Shown here in pieces: positions 6,940 to 16,185 of a DNA stretch of 28,019 nucleotides (position 1 is its first letter; each line of letters starts with the position of its first letter). The notes under the pieces were generated by a model. The model was not told the DNA's origin and searched no databases. It saw only the letters and a program-made list of their open reading frames with translations. The translations under genes and the position numbers were made by a program. This DNA comes from an uncultured bacterium (lineage in GTDB: Bacteria > Omnitrophota > Omnitrophia > Omnitrophales > JACQLI01): contig CAYJTI010000002.1 of assembly GCA_964373135.1 (NCBI GenBank), positions 1-28,019 on the forward strand. The letters are read 5' to 3'.

Positions 6940-7683
6940 TCAGTCGGTAATCGGTCCCGTCGCCGACCCGGTGATGAACTGACGAATGATTGGATTCGCC
7001 GTGTTCTTAATCTCCTCGGGGGTGCCGGTCCCGATAATTTTCCCCTCGTAGAGCATCGCAATCCGGCTCGCCATCTTGTAGGCGCTTTTCATGTCGTGCG
7101 TCACCGCCACGCTCGTGACCCGGAGTTTTTGGTGCATCTCCACAATGAGGTCATTAATCCCGTCCGCCATAATCGGGTCGAGCCCGGTCGTCGGCTCATC
7201 ATAAAGAATAATTTTAGGATCGTAACAGATTGCCCGCGCCAAGCCAACCCGCTTCTTCATCCCCCCCGAAAGGGCCGCCGGCATCAAATCCCCGATTCCC
7301 GCCAGGCCCACAAGCCCCAATTTTTCCTGGACCTTCTCCCGCACCACCTCCGCGGGGAGCGTCGTATGTTCATCAAGGGAGAACCCGACATTCTCCCGGA
7401 CCGTCAGCGAATCAAAAAGCGCCGCCCCTTGAAAAAGCATCCCGAGTTTGAGGCGGAATTGGTCGAGCTCCCGCTCCGTGAGCGAAAAAATATCGACGCC
7501 GTCAATCACCACCGTCCCCTCGTCCGGCTGCATAATCCCCATGAGGTGTTTCAACAAAACACTTTTCCCGCATCCGGACCGGCCGATGATGACCAAGGTC
7601 TCCCCCGTCCGGATTTCAAGGTCGACGCCCCGGAGGACGTCATTCGCGCCGAAACTTTTGTGGAGCCCCTTGACCTCAATCAT
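6940..7683 (-). CDS. mlaF: MlaF-type ABC ATPase
   Basis: Walker A GRSGCGKS, FQGAALFDSLTVRENV, signature LSGGMKKR, Walker B ILYDEPT and H-loop VTHD. It sits between mlaE and mlaD. ATG at 7683. Confidence 0.93.
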   Translation of the reverse strand: MIEVKGLHKSFGANDVLRGVDLEIRTGETLVIIGRSGCGKSVLLKHLMGIMQPDEGTVVIDGVDIFSLTERELDQFRLKLGMLFQGAALFDSLTVRENVGFSLDEHTTLPAEVVREKVQEKLGLVGLAGIGDLMPAALSGGMKKRVGLARAICYDPKIILYDEPTTGLDPIMADGINDLIVEMHQKLRVTSVAVTHDMKSAYKMASRIAMLYEGKIIGTGTPEEIKNTANPIIRQFITGSATGPITD

Positions 7684-7690
7684 TAGAACC

Positions 7691-7721
7691 AAAAGGTGCC
7701 AGGCACTTTTCAGGTGCCTGG
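7691..7721. repeat. GGTGCC/GGCAC REP-like overlapping hairpins in the mlaE-mlaF gap
   Basis: AAAAGGTGCCAGGCACTTTTCAGGTGCCTGG. Stem CCAGGCAC (7699-7706) / GTGCCTGG (7714-7721), with an alternative imperfect palindrome at 7691-7710. Confidence 0.7.
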
Positions 7722-7740
7722 TCCCTGTTCACCTCCATCA

Positions 7741-8556
7741 TTAAAAGAAGTAGAAGACGGCGGTAAAGAAACAGTCGAGGGTGATGATTAAAATGAGCGC
7801 CACCACCACCGCCGTAGTGGTGGAACGGCCCACCCCCTCCGCGCCCCCCTCGGTCCGGAATCCGAAATAACAGCCGACAATCGTAATCACCGTCCCAAAA
7901 ACAAACGCCTTAATGAGGCCGGTCATCACATCCTTAATCATCAAGATTTCGATGCTTCGCTCAATGTATTGGTGCGAGCTAATCCCTAACTTGAAAACCG
8001 CCACAAAATAGCCGCCGAGCATCCCGATGCAGTCGGCATAGATGGTGAGAAAAAAAAGCATGAAGAACCCGGCGACGAGCCGGGGAACGACCAAATACCG
8101 GACCGGGTCCGTGGCGAGAGACCGAAGCGCGTCAATCTGTTCAGTGACCTTCATCGTTCCAATCTCCGCGGCAATCGAAGCGCCGACCCGCCCCGCGACC
8201 ACCATCGCCGTCAAAACCGGCCCCAACTCGCGCGTCATGTAAAGCGCCTCCAGGTTCGACGTGAACTGCTCCTCCGCAAAGTGGCGCAACTGGTAAGCCG
8301 ATTGCAGGGCGAGAACCATCCCCGTGAAAAGTGCCGTGAGAAAAACAAGCGGGAGGGAGGTCACCCCAATCCGAGTCATCTGCTCGAGCGTGTATTCCCA
8401 ACGAAGCCTGGTGGTAAAAAGCGTCGCCACGGCATCGCGAAGCAGGAGGGTAATCCCGCCGGCGTGGTAGGCGAAATCCAAAGAGTGCCGGCCGAACTCT
8501 CCGAGCCACGACCGAACCGAAACAATCCGTCGCAAGGTTTCTAATCGCTGGTCCAT
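7741..8556 (-). CDS. mlaE: MlaE-type ABC permease
   Basis: RELGPVLTAMVVAGRVGASIAAEIGTMKVTEQIDALRSLATDPVRYLVVPR and GGAEGVGRSTT are MlaE-family signatures. Confidence 0.95.
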   Translation of the reverse strand: MDQRLETLRRIVSVRSWLGEFGRHSLDFAYHAGGITLLLRDAVATLFTTRLRWEYTLEQMTRIGVTSLPLVFLTALFTGMVLALQSAYQLRHFAEEQFTSNLEALYMTRELGPVLTAMVVAGRVGASIAAEIGTMKVTEQIDALRSLATDPVRYLVVPRLVAGFFMLFFLTIYADCIGMLGGYFVAVFKLGISSHQYIERSIEILMIKDVMTGLIKAFVFGTVITIVGCYFGFRTEGGAEGVGRSTTTAVVVALILIITLDCFFTAVFYFF

Positions 8557-8560
8557 GGCT

Positions 8561-10462
8561 TTAGAACTTCACCTTCGGGCCCAAGAGGGCGTGCGTTTCG
8601 GCCTCGCCTTCCTTCTGAGAATCTCCACCGGCCCCCATCTCAAGCCCCATCGTCATTCGCTGGCCGAGCGGCTTCTCCGCCTGAATCGCCGACTCCCCTT
8701 CTTTCCACCCCACATTCATCCCTCTCCAAATCACGAGATGGTCCGGACCTTTGATTCGAATCCCGTGAAATACATTCGCGAGAGAAAGGTCAATCGCCCC
8801 GGTCATCTTCAAGGTATTCCGCCCCCTGAGAATCTTCGAGTCGTAGAGCTTGAGGTAGGGCGGAAAGCCCCGAAATTTTAAAATGGCCTGGTCAAAGTCG
8901 AGTTTTTCAAGCGTCCCCTCTTCAATCGTGAAATATCCCTCGACATCCGGCCGGTTGAGTTCCCCCCGGAGTTTCAGTTTTCCTTGGAGTCTTCCCGACA
9001 AGTTCGACGGGAGCGGGCGGCCGCCAAAATCTTGGACGGTTTCCAAGGGAAATCCCTCGACCCGAAGGACCAAATCCTTGCGGGGCTCAGACCCCTTGAA
9101 AAGAATTCGTCCGTCCAGGTGAAACACCTCGCCCCAATCGCAATCGATTTCGTGAATCCCTTCCCGGCTGAGCTCAAAGGTGCCGTGAAAATCATGAAAC
9201 GGCTCATACTCCATAATCAGAGTGTCAGTTTTCACGGTTCCCCGGAAACGGGCCGGGGCGTGCCGGGACGCCTTGGGAAGCGGAACAAGCTGAGCCTCTC
9301 CCGAGACGACCCAGTCGAGATTCGCCACTGAGACGTGCTCGAGCGCGAACTGTGTCTTGAATCCGAGCTCGCTCAGATTCGAATGAATCTCAAAACGGCG
9401 GCGCTCCCGATGGAACTGGGCCTCATAATTTCCATTCGAACGGTCCACCACCCCCCGGCCGGTGTAACCCCGGGGCAGGGCGAGGTTCAAAAAATGAATC
9501 TTCGGGCCTTCTTGAAGAACCGTCCCCGTGAAGGGGTAGCTCTTGCCCCGCCAGCCCAACGAGCCTCCGAGCTTTCTTTTCGCGAAATCGGCCTGAACCG
9601 AAAAACGTAACGTCCCCTCCCGGCTCTCCTGCCTCATCTCCAAATCCGCTCGCGGCTCCCCCTGCCATTCTTCAATCTTTCCCTTCCACTCCACCTCCCA
9701 GTCGTGGAAAAGGCTCGTCAGGCCCCGAGTCTGAATCACCCGGTCGCTCAAGGAGACCTCTCCCTTCATCGACTTCATGGGGATTCCGCTCGCCGCCAGA
9801 AAACTCACTCCCTCAAGCGACGCCTCAAGCTCGTAATGCTCAAACGGAAGGTCCGTGGTCCCCCGCAATTTTATTTCTCCCTCCGCGACGCCCGCCAGTT
9901 TGGCGCTCAATCTCACCTCAACCCGGCCCTTTGGATTCAACTTGGCCTTGAATTGAACGCCTGAAAGTTTGAGTTCCTCTCCCCCCTCTCCCCACGGATA
10001 ACGAAGCTCGCCCTGTCGAATGACGAGTTCGGCCGGAACCCGCGGGGCCGAGGCGAAGGCCGAATCGAGGAAGGGGAGCGGCTTCCGAGGGCTTTGAAAA
10101 CGAAGCATCGGGGCTTCGAGGACAATCCGGGAAGGGACCTTGAAATCACCCCGGATAAGATTCACCAGACCGTAGCCAAAGACGAGCCGCTTGAGCTCAA
10201 GTATCGAAACCGCCTGTCCGGCGGCGGAGTGGATTTCAATCCCTTCAAAAACGATTTGAGAGAGGGCGCCCAGCCGAATGGCTTTGATTTTGACCGGGGC
10301 CTTGAAAATCTCACTCGCCCGGGCCTCGGCAAACTCTTTAAAGGGCGTCCGGCTCAGGCGGGCTTGGGCAAATTGCAAGGCTCCCCAGTAGAGGAACAGG
10401 CCGAGCAGAAGAAGGAGGGAAACCAGCCGGCCCCGCCCGAGGCCCTCATGAGGCTTTCTCAA
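8561..10462 (-). CDS. AsmA/TamB-like membrane-anchored beta-rich protein (putative bridge-like lipid transfer protein)
   Basis: A single N-terminal hydrophobic anchor (RLVSLLLLLGLFLYWGAL), then ~600 aa of alternating beta-strand pattern (e.g. LSGRLQGKLKLRGELNRPDVEGYFTIEEG), ending in ..GPKVKF. Start placed at TTG 10462 with GGAGAG 10 nt upstream. The family call is by pattern only. Confidence 0.6.
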   Translation of the reverse strand: MRKPHEGLGRGRLVSLLLLLGLFLYWGALQFAQARLSRTPFKEFAEARASEIFKAPVKIKAIRLGALSQIVFEGIEIHSAAGQAVSILELKRLVFGYGLVNLIRGDFKVPSRIVLEAPMLRFQSPRKPLPFLDSAFASAPRVPAELVIRQGELRYPWGEGGEELKLSGVQFKAKLNPKGRVEVRLSAKLAGVAEGEIKLRGTTDLPFEHYELEASLEGVSFLAASGIPMKSMKGEVSLSDRVIQTRGLTSLFHDWEVEWKGKIEEWQGEPRADLEMRQESREGTLRFSVQADFAKRKLGGSLGWRGKSYPFTGTVLQEGPKIHFLNLALPRGYTGRGVVDRSNGNYEAQFHRERRRFEIHSNLSELGFKTQFALEHVSVANLDWVVSGEAQLVPLPKASRHAPARFRGTVKTDTLIMEYEPFHDFHGTFELSREGIHEIDCDWGEVFHLDGRILFKGSEPRKDLVLRVEGFPLETVQDFGGRPLPSNLSGRLQGKLKLRGELNRPDVEGYFTIEEGTLEKLDFDQAILKFRGFPPYLKLYDSKILRGRNTLKMTGAIDLSLANVFHGIRIKGPDHLVIWRGMNVGWKEGESAIQAEKPLGQRMTMGLEMGAGGDSQKEGEAETHALLGPKVKF

Positions 10463-12902
10463 AGGTAATAATCTCTCCGCGGAGTTCGACCCGAATTTTA
10501 TCGCCTTCTTGGAACTTTCCCGAGAGGATTTCTTCGGCGAGAACGTTTTCAAGGTAGCGCTGGATGGTGCGTTTCAAGGGGCGGGCGCCAAAATTTTCGT
10601 CGTAGCCTTTGTCGATGAGGAACTTCAGGGCCTCGGGAGAAACGGTGATTTCCATTTTCTTGTCCTTGAGGCGGTCCTTCAACTCTTTCATCTCGAGCTC
10701 GATGATTTTCTCAAGGTCTTCGCGCCGGAGGGCGTGAAAGACAATCATATCGTCCACCCGGTTGAGGAACTCAGGGCGGAAAACTTTTTTGACCTCGTCC
10801 AAGAGCCTTCGTTTCATCGCCTCATAGGTCTGCTCTTCCCCCTGGGCGCGGAACCCCAGTTCCCCCTGCTTTCGAAGGAGGTCCATTCCGACATTCGACG
10901 TCATAATGATGAGGGTGTTGCGGAAGTCGACCCTTCTCCCAAAGGAATCGGTGAGGCGCCCCTCTTCCATCATCTGGAGGAGGATATTGAAGACGTCGGG
11001 GTGCGCCTTTTCAATCTCATCGAAAAGGACGACCGAATAAGGCCGGCGCCTCACCTTCTCGGTGAGCTGACCTCCCTCCTCATAGCCGACATAGCCGGGG
11101 GGGGCGCCCACGAGGCGCGAGACGTTGAACTTCTCCATATATTCGGAACAGTCGATGGAAACGATGGCCTCCTGGTCCCCGAACATGAACTCGGCCAAGG
11201 CCCGCGCCAAAAGGGTTTTTCCAACGCCCGTCGGACCGAGGAAAATGAAGGCCCCCATCGGCCGCTTCGGGTTCCGGAGACCGGAACGGGAACGGCGGAC
11301 GGCATTGGAAATCGCCCGAACCGACTCGTCCTGCCCAATGACCCGCTTGTGAATTTCCTCCTCCATCCGGAGGAGACGGGTGGTCTCCTTCTCTTCCAGG
11401 CGGAGCAAGGGGACGCCGGTCCATTTTGAAACAATGGTCGCGATGTCTTCGGCCGTCACTTGAATTTCCACTTCGGATTTCGATTCCTTCCAGCTCTTCC
11501 GGAGCCGGCTCAGCTCGTCTTTTGTCTTCCGTTCCTCGTCCCGGAGTTTCGCCGCCTTCTCAAAATCCTGCCCCTTGATGGCGGCCTCTTTTTCCACTTT
11601 GAGCTCCTCAATCTGGGCCTCGAGTTTCTTCAAATCCTTGGGGAGGGTCGTCACGGAAAGACGGGCGCGCGAGGCCGCCTCGTCGACCAGGTCAATCGCC
11701 TTGTCCGGGAGAAAGCGCCCGGTGATGTAACGGTCAGAAAGCTTGGACGCCGCCTCGAGGGCCTCATCGAGAATCTTCACCCGGTGGTGCGCCTCATATT
11801 TATCCCGGAGCCCCTTCAGAATTTCAATCGTCTCATCCACCGACGGCGGGTCGACAATGATGGTTTGAAACCGCCGGGCCAGCGCGGCGTCTTTTTCAAT
11901 GTATTTCCGGTATTCGTCCAGCGTAGTCGCTCCAATGCACTGAATTTCTCCCCGGGACAAAGCCGGTTTCAGGATGTTGGACGCGTCAATGGCCCCTTCG
12001 GCGCCGCCCGCTCCCACGAGGGTGTGGAGCTCGTCGATAAAAATCACCACATTTTCGGAGCGGCGAATCTCGTCCATGACCGCTTTAATCCGCTCCTCAA
12101 ATTGGCCGCGGTATTTGGTCCCGGCCACCATGAGCGCCAGGTCGAGCACAACAATCCGTTTCTCAATCAGAACCTCCGGCACGTCCCCGGCCACAATCCG
12201 CTGGGCGAGCCCCTCGACGATGGCCGTTTTTCCGACGCCGGCCTCTCCGAGAAGGACCGGATTATTTTTGGTCCGGCGGGCCAGAATTTGAATCACCCGC
12301 TCGATTTCATTTTCGCGGTCGACCACCGGGTCGAGTTTCCCTTCACGGGCCAATGTAGACAAGTCCCGCCCAAACGCATCCAAGGCAGGGGTCTTGGTCT
12401 TTGTCTTCGTCCCGCCCGCGGTCGACCCCCCCCCGCCGCCGCCCCCTCCCCCGCCTCCCGGCGCTGAAGAACCGAGGAGCTTAATCACCTCCGCCCTCAC
12501 CTTGTTGAGATCTAATCCGACATTCATCAAAACATGACTGGCAACGCCCTCCCCTTCTTTAATGAGGCCGAGCAGGAGATGTTCCGTGCCGATGTAGTTG
12601 TGGCCCAATCGGCGGGCCTCATCCATCGCGAGCTCGATGACCTTTTTCGCCTTCGGGGTAAAAGGAATATCGCCGGAGACAATCGTGCTCGGTCCGAACT
12701 GGACAAGCTTCTCGACCTCGAGGCGAATCGTGTCCAGGGAGAGCCCCAGATTCTGGAGCACCGCCGCGGCCACGCTTTCTCCCTCCTTAATCAGGCCCAG
12801 GAGGATATGCTCGGTCCCGATGTAATCGTGGTTAAAACGCTTGGCCTCCTCTTTGGCGAGGATGATGACCTTCCGGGCTCTTTCGGTAAACCGGTCAAAC
12901 AT
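10446..12902 (-). CDS. clpC: ATP-dependent Clp protease ATPase subunit ClpC
   Basis: [12 protein letters not shown] with two Clp-N repeats ([16 protein letters not shown]), AAA1 GEAGVGKT and FIDELH, a UVR-like M domain, and AAA2 GPTGVGKT and [14 protein letters not shown]. The true start is ATG 12902; the track's 90-aa extension overlaps mcsB. Confidence 0.98.
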   Translation of the reverse strand: MFDRFTERARKVIILAKEEAKRFNHDYIGTEHILLGLIKEGESVAAAVLQNLGLSLDTIRLEVEKLVQFGPSTIVSGDIPFTPKAKKVIELAMDEARRLGHNYIGTEHLLLGLIKEGEGVASHVLMNVGLDLNKVRAEVIKLLGSSAPGGGGGGGGGGGSTAGGTKTKTKTPALDAFGRDLSTLAREGKLDPVVDRENEIERVIQILARRTKNNPVLLGEAGVGKTAIVEGLAQRIVAGDVPEVLIEKRIVVLDLALMVAGTKYRGQFEERIKAVMDEIRRSENVVIFIDELHTLVGAGGAEGAIDASNILKPALSRGEIQCIGATTLDEYRKYIEKDAALARRFQTIIVDPPSVDETIEILKGLRDKYEAHHRVKILDEALEAASKLSDRYITGRFLPDKAIDLVDEAASRARLSVTTLPKDLKKLEAQIEELKVEKEAAIKGQDFEKAAKLRDEERKTKDELSRLRKSWKESKSEVEIQVTAEDIATIVSKWTGVPLLRLEEKETTRLLRMEEEIHKRVIGQDESVRAISNAVRRSRSGLRNPKRPMGAFIFLGPTGVGKTLLARALAEFMFGDQEAIVSIDCSEYMEKFNVSRLVGAPPGYVGYEEGGQLTEKVRRRPYSVVLFDEIEKAHPDVFNILLQMMEEGRLTDSFGRRVDFRNTLIIMTSNVGMDLLRKQGELGFRAQGEEQTYEAMKRRLLDEVKKVFRPEFLNRVDDMIVFHALRREDLEKIIELEMKELKDRLKDKKMEITVSPEALKFLIDKGYDENFGARPLKRTIQRYLENVLAEEILSGKFQEGDKIRVELRGEIITFEKAS

Positions 12903-12916
12903 GGAATTCTCTCTGG

Positions 12917-13981
12917 TTAAATGGGGACGTTGGTTAACATCTCTCGGATTTTTTCCGCCCGGCGGACATCCCGCTCGGCGGCCCCGAGGGCGCGGCCGTC
13001 CATCTTCTGAAGATGGGCCGGCTGAATCACGAGGAAAAGCCGGTTCAGCTCCCGGTGGGTCAACTTGGAAATAAATCCCAAATCCACGCCCAGGCGGACG
13101 AGCGACAGAAGCTGCACCGCCTCTTCTGAGGAGACGACGCGGGCCGACTTCAACACACCGAGGGCCCGCCAAATTTGGTCTTCGAACTTCGACTTCCGCT
13201 TTTCCAACAGGTGCGCCCGGGCCTCCTTCTCGTGAGACACCATCTGGTGAATCACCTTTTCGAGTCCCGTGATGATTTCCTCTTCATTCTGCCCGAGCGT
13301 TATCTGATTTGAAATTTGGAAAAAGTTCCCCGTCGCCTGCGTCCCCTCCCCGTAAAGGCCGCGCGTCGCCAGATTCATCTTCGCCAGCGCCTGAAGCACC
13401 TTGTTGAGCTGCTTCGTCAAGACGAGGCTCGGAAGGTGAAGCATGCAGGAGGCCCGGAGGCCGGTCCCCACATTCGTCGGGCAGGCCGTCAGGTAGCCCA
13501 AGGCGGCGTGAAAAGAGAAGGGAATGCTTTGCTCCAGTTCGCTAATCACCTCGTGAATAATCCGCCAGGCCTCCGTCAGATTCAGCCCGGACTGGAGGAT
13601 TTGGAGCCTGACATGGTCCTCTTCCAGCATCATGAGGCTCACGACCTCGTTTGGGCTGACGGCCACCGCCTTTTCTCCCTGGTCCATCGCATGCTCCCGG
13701 CTAATGAGGTGCCGCTCGAGAAGGAATTGTTTATCGAGCTCGGTCACGTCATGGTAACGGATGAAAAGAACATCTTTCAAAGCGGGGGTCCGGTGAAGGG
13801 ACTCTTCCAGGAGGTCGATGATTTCCTCCGCATGCTCTTTCGTGAGTTTGGACAAGAAAGGGAAGCCGGCAATGTTCCGCGCCAGCCGGATTCGGGAGCT
13901 CATGACGACATCCGCATCCGGCCCGGTTCCCCGGAGCCATTCGGTCGGATTCTGAAGGAGCCGGTCGATGAGTTCACTCAT
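12917..13981 (-). CDS. mcsB: Protein-arginine kinase McsB
   Basis: SSRIRLARN, LEEDHVRLQ, GYLTACPTNVGTGLRAS, GNFFQISNQITLG and C-terminal RDxxRA (ERDVRRA). Directly upstream of clpC. Confidence 0.96.
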   Translation of the reverse strand: MSELIDRLLQNPTEWLRGTGPDADVVMSSRIRLARNIAGFPFLSKLTKEHAEEIIDLLEESLHRTPALKDVLFIRYHDVTELDKQFLLERHLISREHAMDQGEKAVAVSPNEVVSLMMLEEDHVRLQILQSGLNLTEAWRIIHEVISELEQSIPFSFHAALGYLTACPTNVGTGLRASCMLHLPSLVLTKQLNKVLQALAKMNLATRGLYGEGTQATGNFFQISNQITLGQNEEEIITGLEKVIHQMVSHEKEARAHLLEKRKSKFEDQIWRALGVLKSARVVSSEEAVQLLSLVRLGVDLGFISKLTHRELNRLFLVIQPAHLQKMDGRALGAAERDVRRAEKIREMLTNVPI

Positions 13982-13984
13982 GCG

Positions 13985-14506
13985 TCAGCCTTTCTTCTTT
14001 CCCTTCTTCCATTTCTCTTCCAGCTGTTTAATCTGGTCGCGCACTTTCGCCGCCTCTTCAAAGGCCTCTTCGCGGACAAATTTCCGGAGCCGGTTGTGTA
14101 ATTCCTTCAGGTCGTGCACGGCGCGGCCCGCGGAGTTGGACGAAGGGAGCGAGGCGGGGCGGAGCCCGGTGTGCTGGGCCGCGTGCTGAACCCGTTTGAT
14201 TAAAGGGATTAAGAGTTTGGAAAACGACTCGTAGCACTCCCCGCATCCGAGCCGGCCGCTCCGGCTGAATTCATCGTAATAAAGGCCGCAGTTTGAACAC
14301 TTGAGCGAACTCCTTTCAATCCCCGTCACCTCTTTGGCAAGCTCCGTCAGGTCGTGCAGGAGGTCCGCTGGGTTGAAGTGGGTCTTGAACTGCGTCCCCT
14401 TCTCCTGGGCACAGGTCTCACAGAGATGGATTTCGACCATCTGTTCGTTCACAATCTCGGTGAGGTGAATTGTCGCCTCGCTCGTGCCGCAAATGTTACA
14501 CACCAT
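13985..14506 (-). CDS. mcsA: McsA (CxxC zinc motifs + UVR domain)
   Basis: CNIC, CETC, CSNC and GRLGCGECY motifs, followed by a UVR coil (EEAFEEAAKVRDQIK). Upstream of mcsB. Confidence 0.95.
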   Translation of the reverse strand: MVCNICGTSEATIHLTEIVNEQMVEIHLCETCAQEKGTQFKTHFNPADLLHDLTELAKEVTGIERSSLKCSNCGLYYDEFSRSGRLGCGECYESFSKLLIPLIKRVQHAAQHTGLRPASLPSSNSAGRAVHDLKELHNRLRKFVREEAFEEAAKVRDQIKQLEEKWKKGKKKG

Positions 14507-14534
14507 TGTTCTTACCCTGCCAATCGACTGCTCA

Positions 14535-14564
14535 ATTGTAACATGCCTGCAAATTTAGTACCAA
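14535..14564 (-). promoter_or_regulatory. Candidate sigma70/sigmaA promoter for mcsA-mcsB-clpC
   Basis: Minus strand TTGGTA (14564-14559), 18 bp spacer, TACAAT (14540-14535), with a TG at the extended -10 position; 28 nt before the mcsA ATG. Confidence 0.55.
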
Positions 14565-14593
14565 AGCTACCCGCCCAGGCCTGGCCCCGGGGT

Positions 14594-15472
14594 TCAGAGC
14601 GAATATCGGACGCCCTCCTTTTTAGTTAACTCGTGGAAGGCCTTCATGAAAGCTTGGGTTTGGGGCCCCGGCTTCCCGCTCCCAATGGTCCGGCCGTCGA
14701 TTTTGACCACCGGAATGACCTCGGCCGCCGTGCCGGTCAGGAAGACCTCGTCCGCATTGAAGAGGTCGTGCCGGGTCAAGATACGCTCTTCCGCGGCCGC
14801 CTTCTTCCCTCTCGCCATCTCCAAAATGGCCTGCCGGGTAATCCCTTTGAGGACCCCTACGTAGGTGGGCGGTGTCAGCAACGTGCCGTTTTTAACCATA
14901 AAGATATTGTCACCGGTGCATTCCGCCACATAGCCCTGGTGATTCAGGAGGAGGGCCTCCAAATATCCCGAATTATTCGCCTCGATTTTCGCCAGGATAT
15001 TGTTGAGATAATTAAGAGACTTGAGGGCCGGATTCACCGCCTCGGGAAAATTCCGGACCGTCGGCACCGTGATAATTTCAAGTCCGTGCTGGTAGAGCCG
15101 CTCGGGGTAGAGAACGATTTTGTCCGTGATGATAATCACGGTCGGCCGCTTGCACTTGTTGGGGTCGAGCCCCAAATCGCCCGGGCCCCGGGTCACGACC
15201 ACGCGAATGTAGGCATCGCTGAGTGCGTTCCGCCGAAGCGTCTCGACGACGGCCCCGGTCATCTCCTTCTGACTCAGAGGAATCTTGAGGAGAATCGTGT
15301 GCGCCGATTCCCAGAGGCGGTCGAGGTGTTCTTTCAGCTTAAAAACCAAGCAATGGTAGGAACGAATCCCCTCGAAAACGCCGTCTCCATAAAGGAGGCC
15401 GTGGTCAAAGACCGAAACCTTGGCCTCGCTTTTTGGGAACCATTTCCCGTCAATATAAACTTGAATTTCCAT
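14594..15472 (-). CDS. ilvE: Branched-chain amino acid aminotransferase
   Basis: VFDHGLLYGDGVFEGIR, PLP lysine in ALKSLNY, AECTGDNIF, LKGITR and EVFLTGTAAEVIPV (fold-type IV). Confidence 0.96.
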   Translation of the reverse strand: MEIQVYIDGKWFPKSEAKVSVFDHGLLYGDGVFEGIRSYHCLVFKLKEHLDRLWESAHTILLKIPLSQKEMTGAVVETLRRNALSDAYIRVVVTRGPGDLGLDPNKCKRPTVIIITDKIVLYPERLYQHGLEIITVPTVRNFPEAVNPALKSLNYLNNILAKIEANNSGYLEALLLNHQGYVAECTGDNIFMVKNGTLLTPPTYVGVLKGITRQAILEMARGKKAAAEERILTRHDLFNADEVFLTGTAAEVIPVVKIDGRTIGSGKPGPQTQAFMKAFHELTKKEGVRYSL

Positions 15473-15492
15473 TCAGAATTTCTCCTCTAAGT

Positions 15493-16185
15493 TTAGATAG
15501 ATTTGATGCCGTCTTGAACCAAGACCCCGTCGTGGAGACGATAGAGGTTTCCATACTTTGCGGCCCGGCCCTCATCATGCGTGACAATCACAAGCGCCAG
15601 GCGAGACTCCCGGTGAAGCGAACTCACAAGGTTGAAAACCACCTCGGCCGTCTCGTCGTCCAGATTCCCCGTCGGCTCGTCGCAAAAGAGAACCTCGGGC
15701 TCATTCATTAAAGCCCGCGCGATGGCCGCCCGCTGCTGCTCCCCGCCTGAGAGCTCACTCGGGAAATGTCCCTCCCGCCCCTCAAGACCGACCCGTCCGA
15801 TGAGTTCCTTCGCCCGCCGGGGATTTGGACTTCGGGCGAGGAGGCTCGGGAGAAGGACATTTTCAAAAAGCGTCAGCTCCGGAAGCAGATGGAAGAGCTG
15901 AAAAATAAATCCAATCCTTCGATTCCGGTAAAGGGAAAGTTCCCTCTCACCCATCTGGCTCAAATCGGCCCCCTTGAAAAAAATTCTTCCCTCCGTGGCC
16001 CGGTCGAGCCCGCCCAAAAGATGAAGGAGCGTTGACTTTCCCGAACCGGACCGTCCGACGATGAAGGCCATCTCCCCGGCCGACAGGGAAAAGTCCACCC
16101 CTTTCAGGATAGCAAGCGGCCCTTCCGGCGTCGGAAAATCTTTCCGCACCTTCTCTGCGACCAGCAGCGTGACCCGATTACTCAT
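15493..16185 (-). CDS. lolD: LolD-type ABC ATPase
   Basis: [42 protein letters not shown] and VTHD. Overlaps the 3' end of the permease gene. Confidence 0.9.
   Translation of the reverse strand: MSNRVTLLVAEKVRKDFPTPEGPLAILKGVDFSLSAGEMAFIVGRSGSGKSTLLHLLGGLDRATEGRIFFKGADLSQMGERELSLYRNRRIGFIFQLFHLLPELTLFENVLLPSLLARSPNPRRAKELIGRVGLEGREGHFPSELSGGEQQRAAIARALMNEPEVLFCDEPTGNLDDETAEVVFNLVSSLHRESRLALVIVTHDEGRAAKYGNLYRLHDGVLVQDGIKSI

Noticed and set aside
10420-10462. Possible frameshift at the start of the AsmA-like gene (ATG 10449 overlapping the clpC stop is out of frame)
   Set aside because: An in-frame TTG at 10462 with an upstream GGAGAG gives a normal start, so no frameshift is needed.
14507-14593. 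CtsR box or CIRCE at the mcsA promoter
   Set aside because: No RGTCAAA direct repeat; TTAGTACCA only loosely resembles one CIRCE half-site and lacks its partner.
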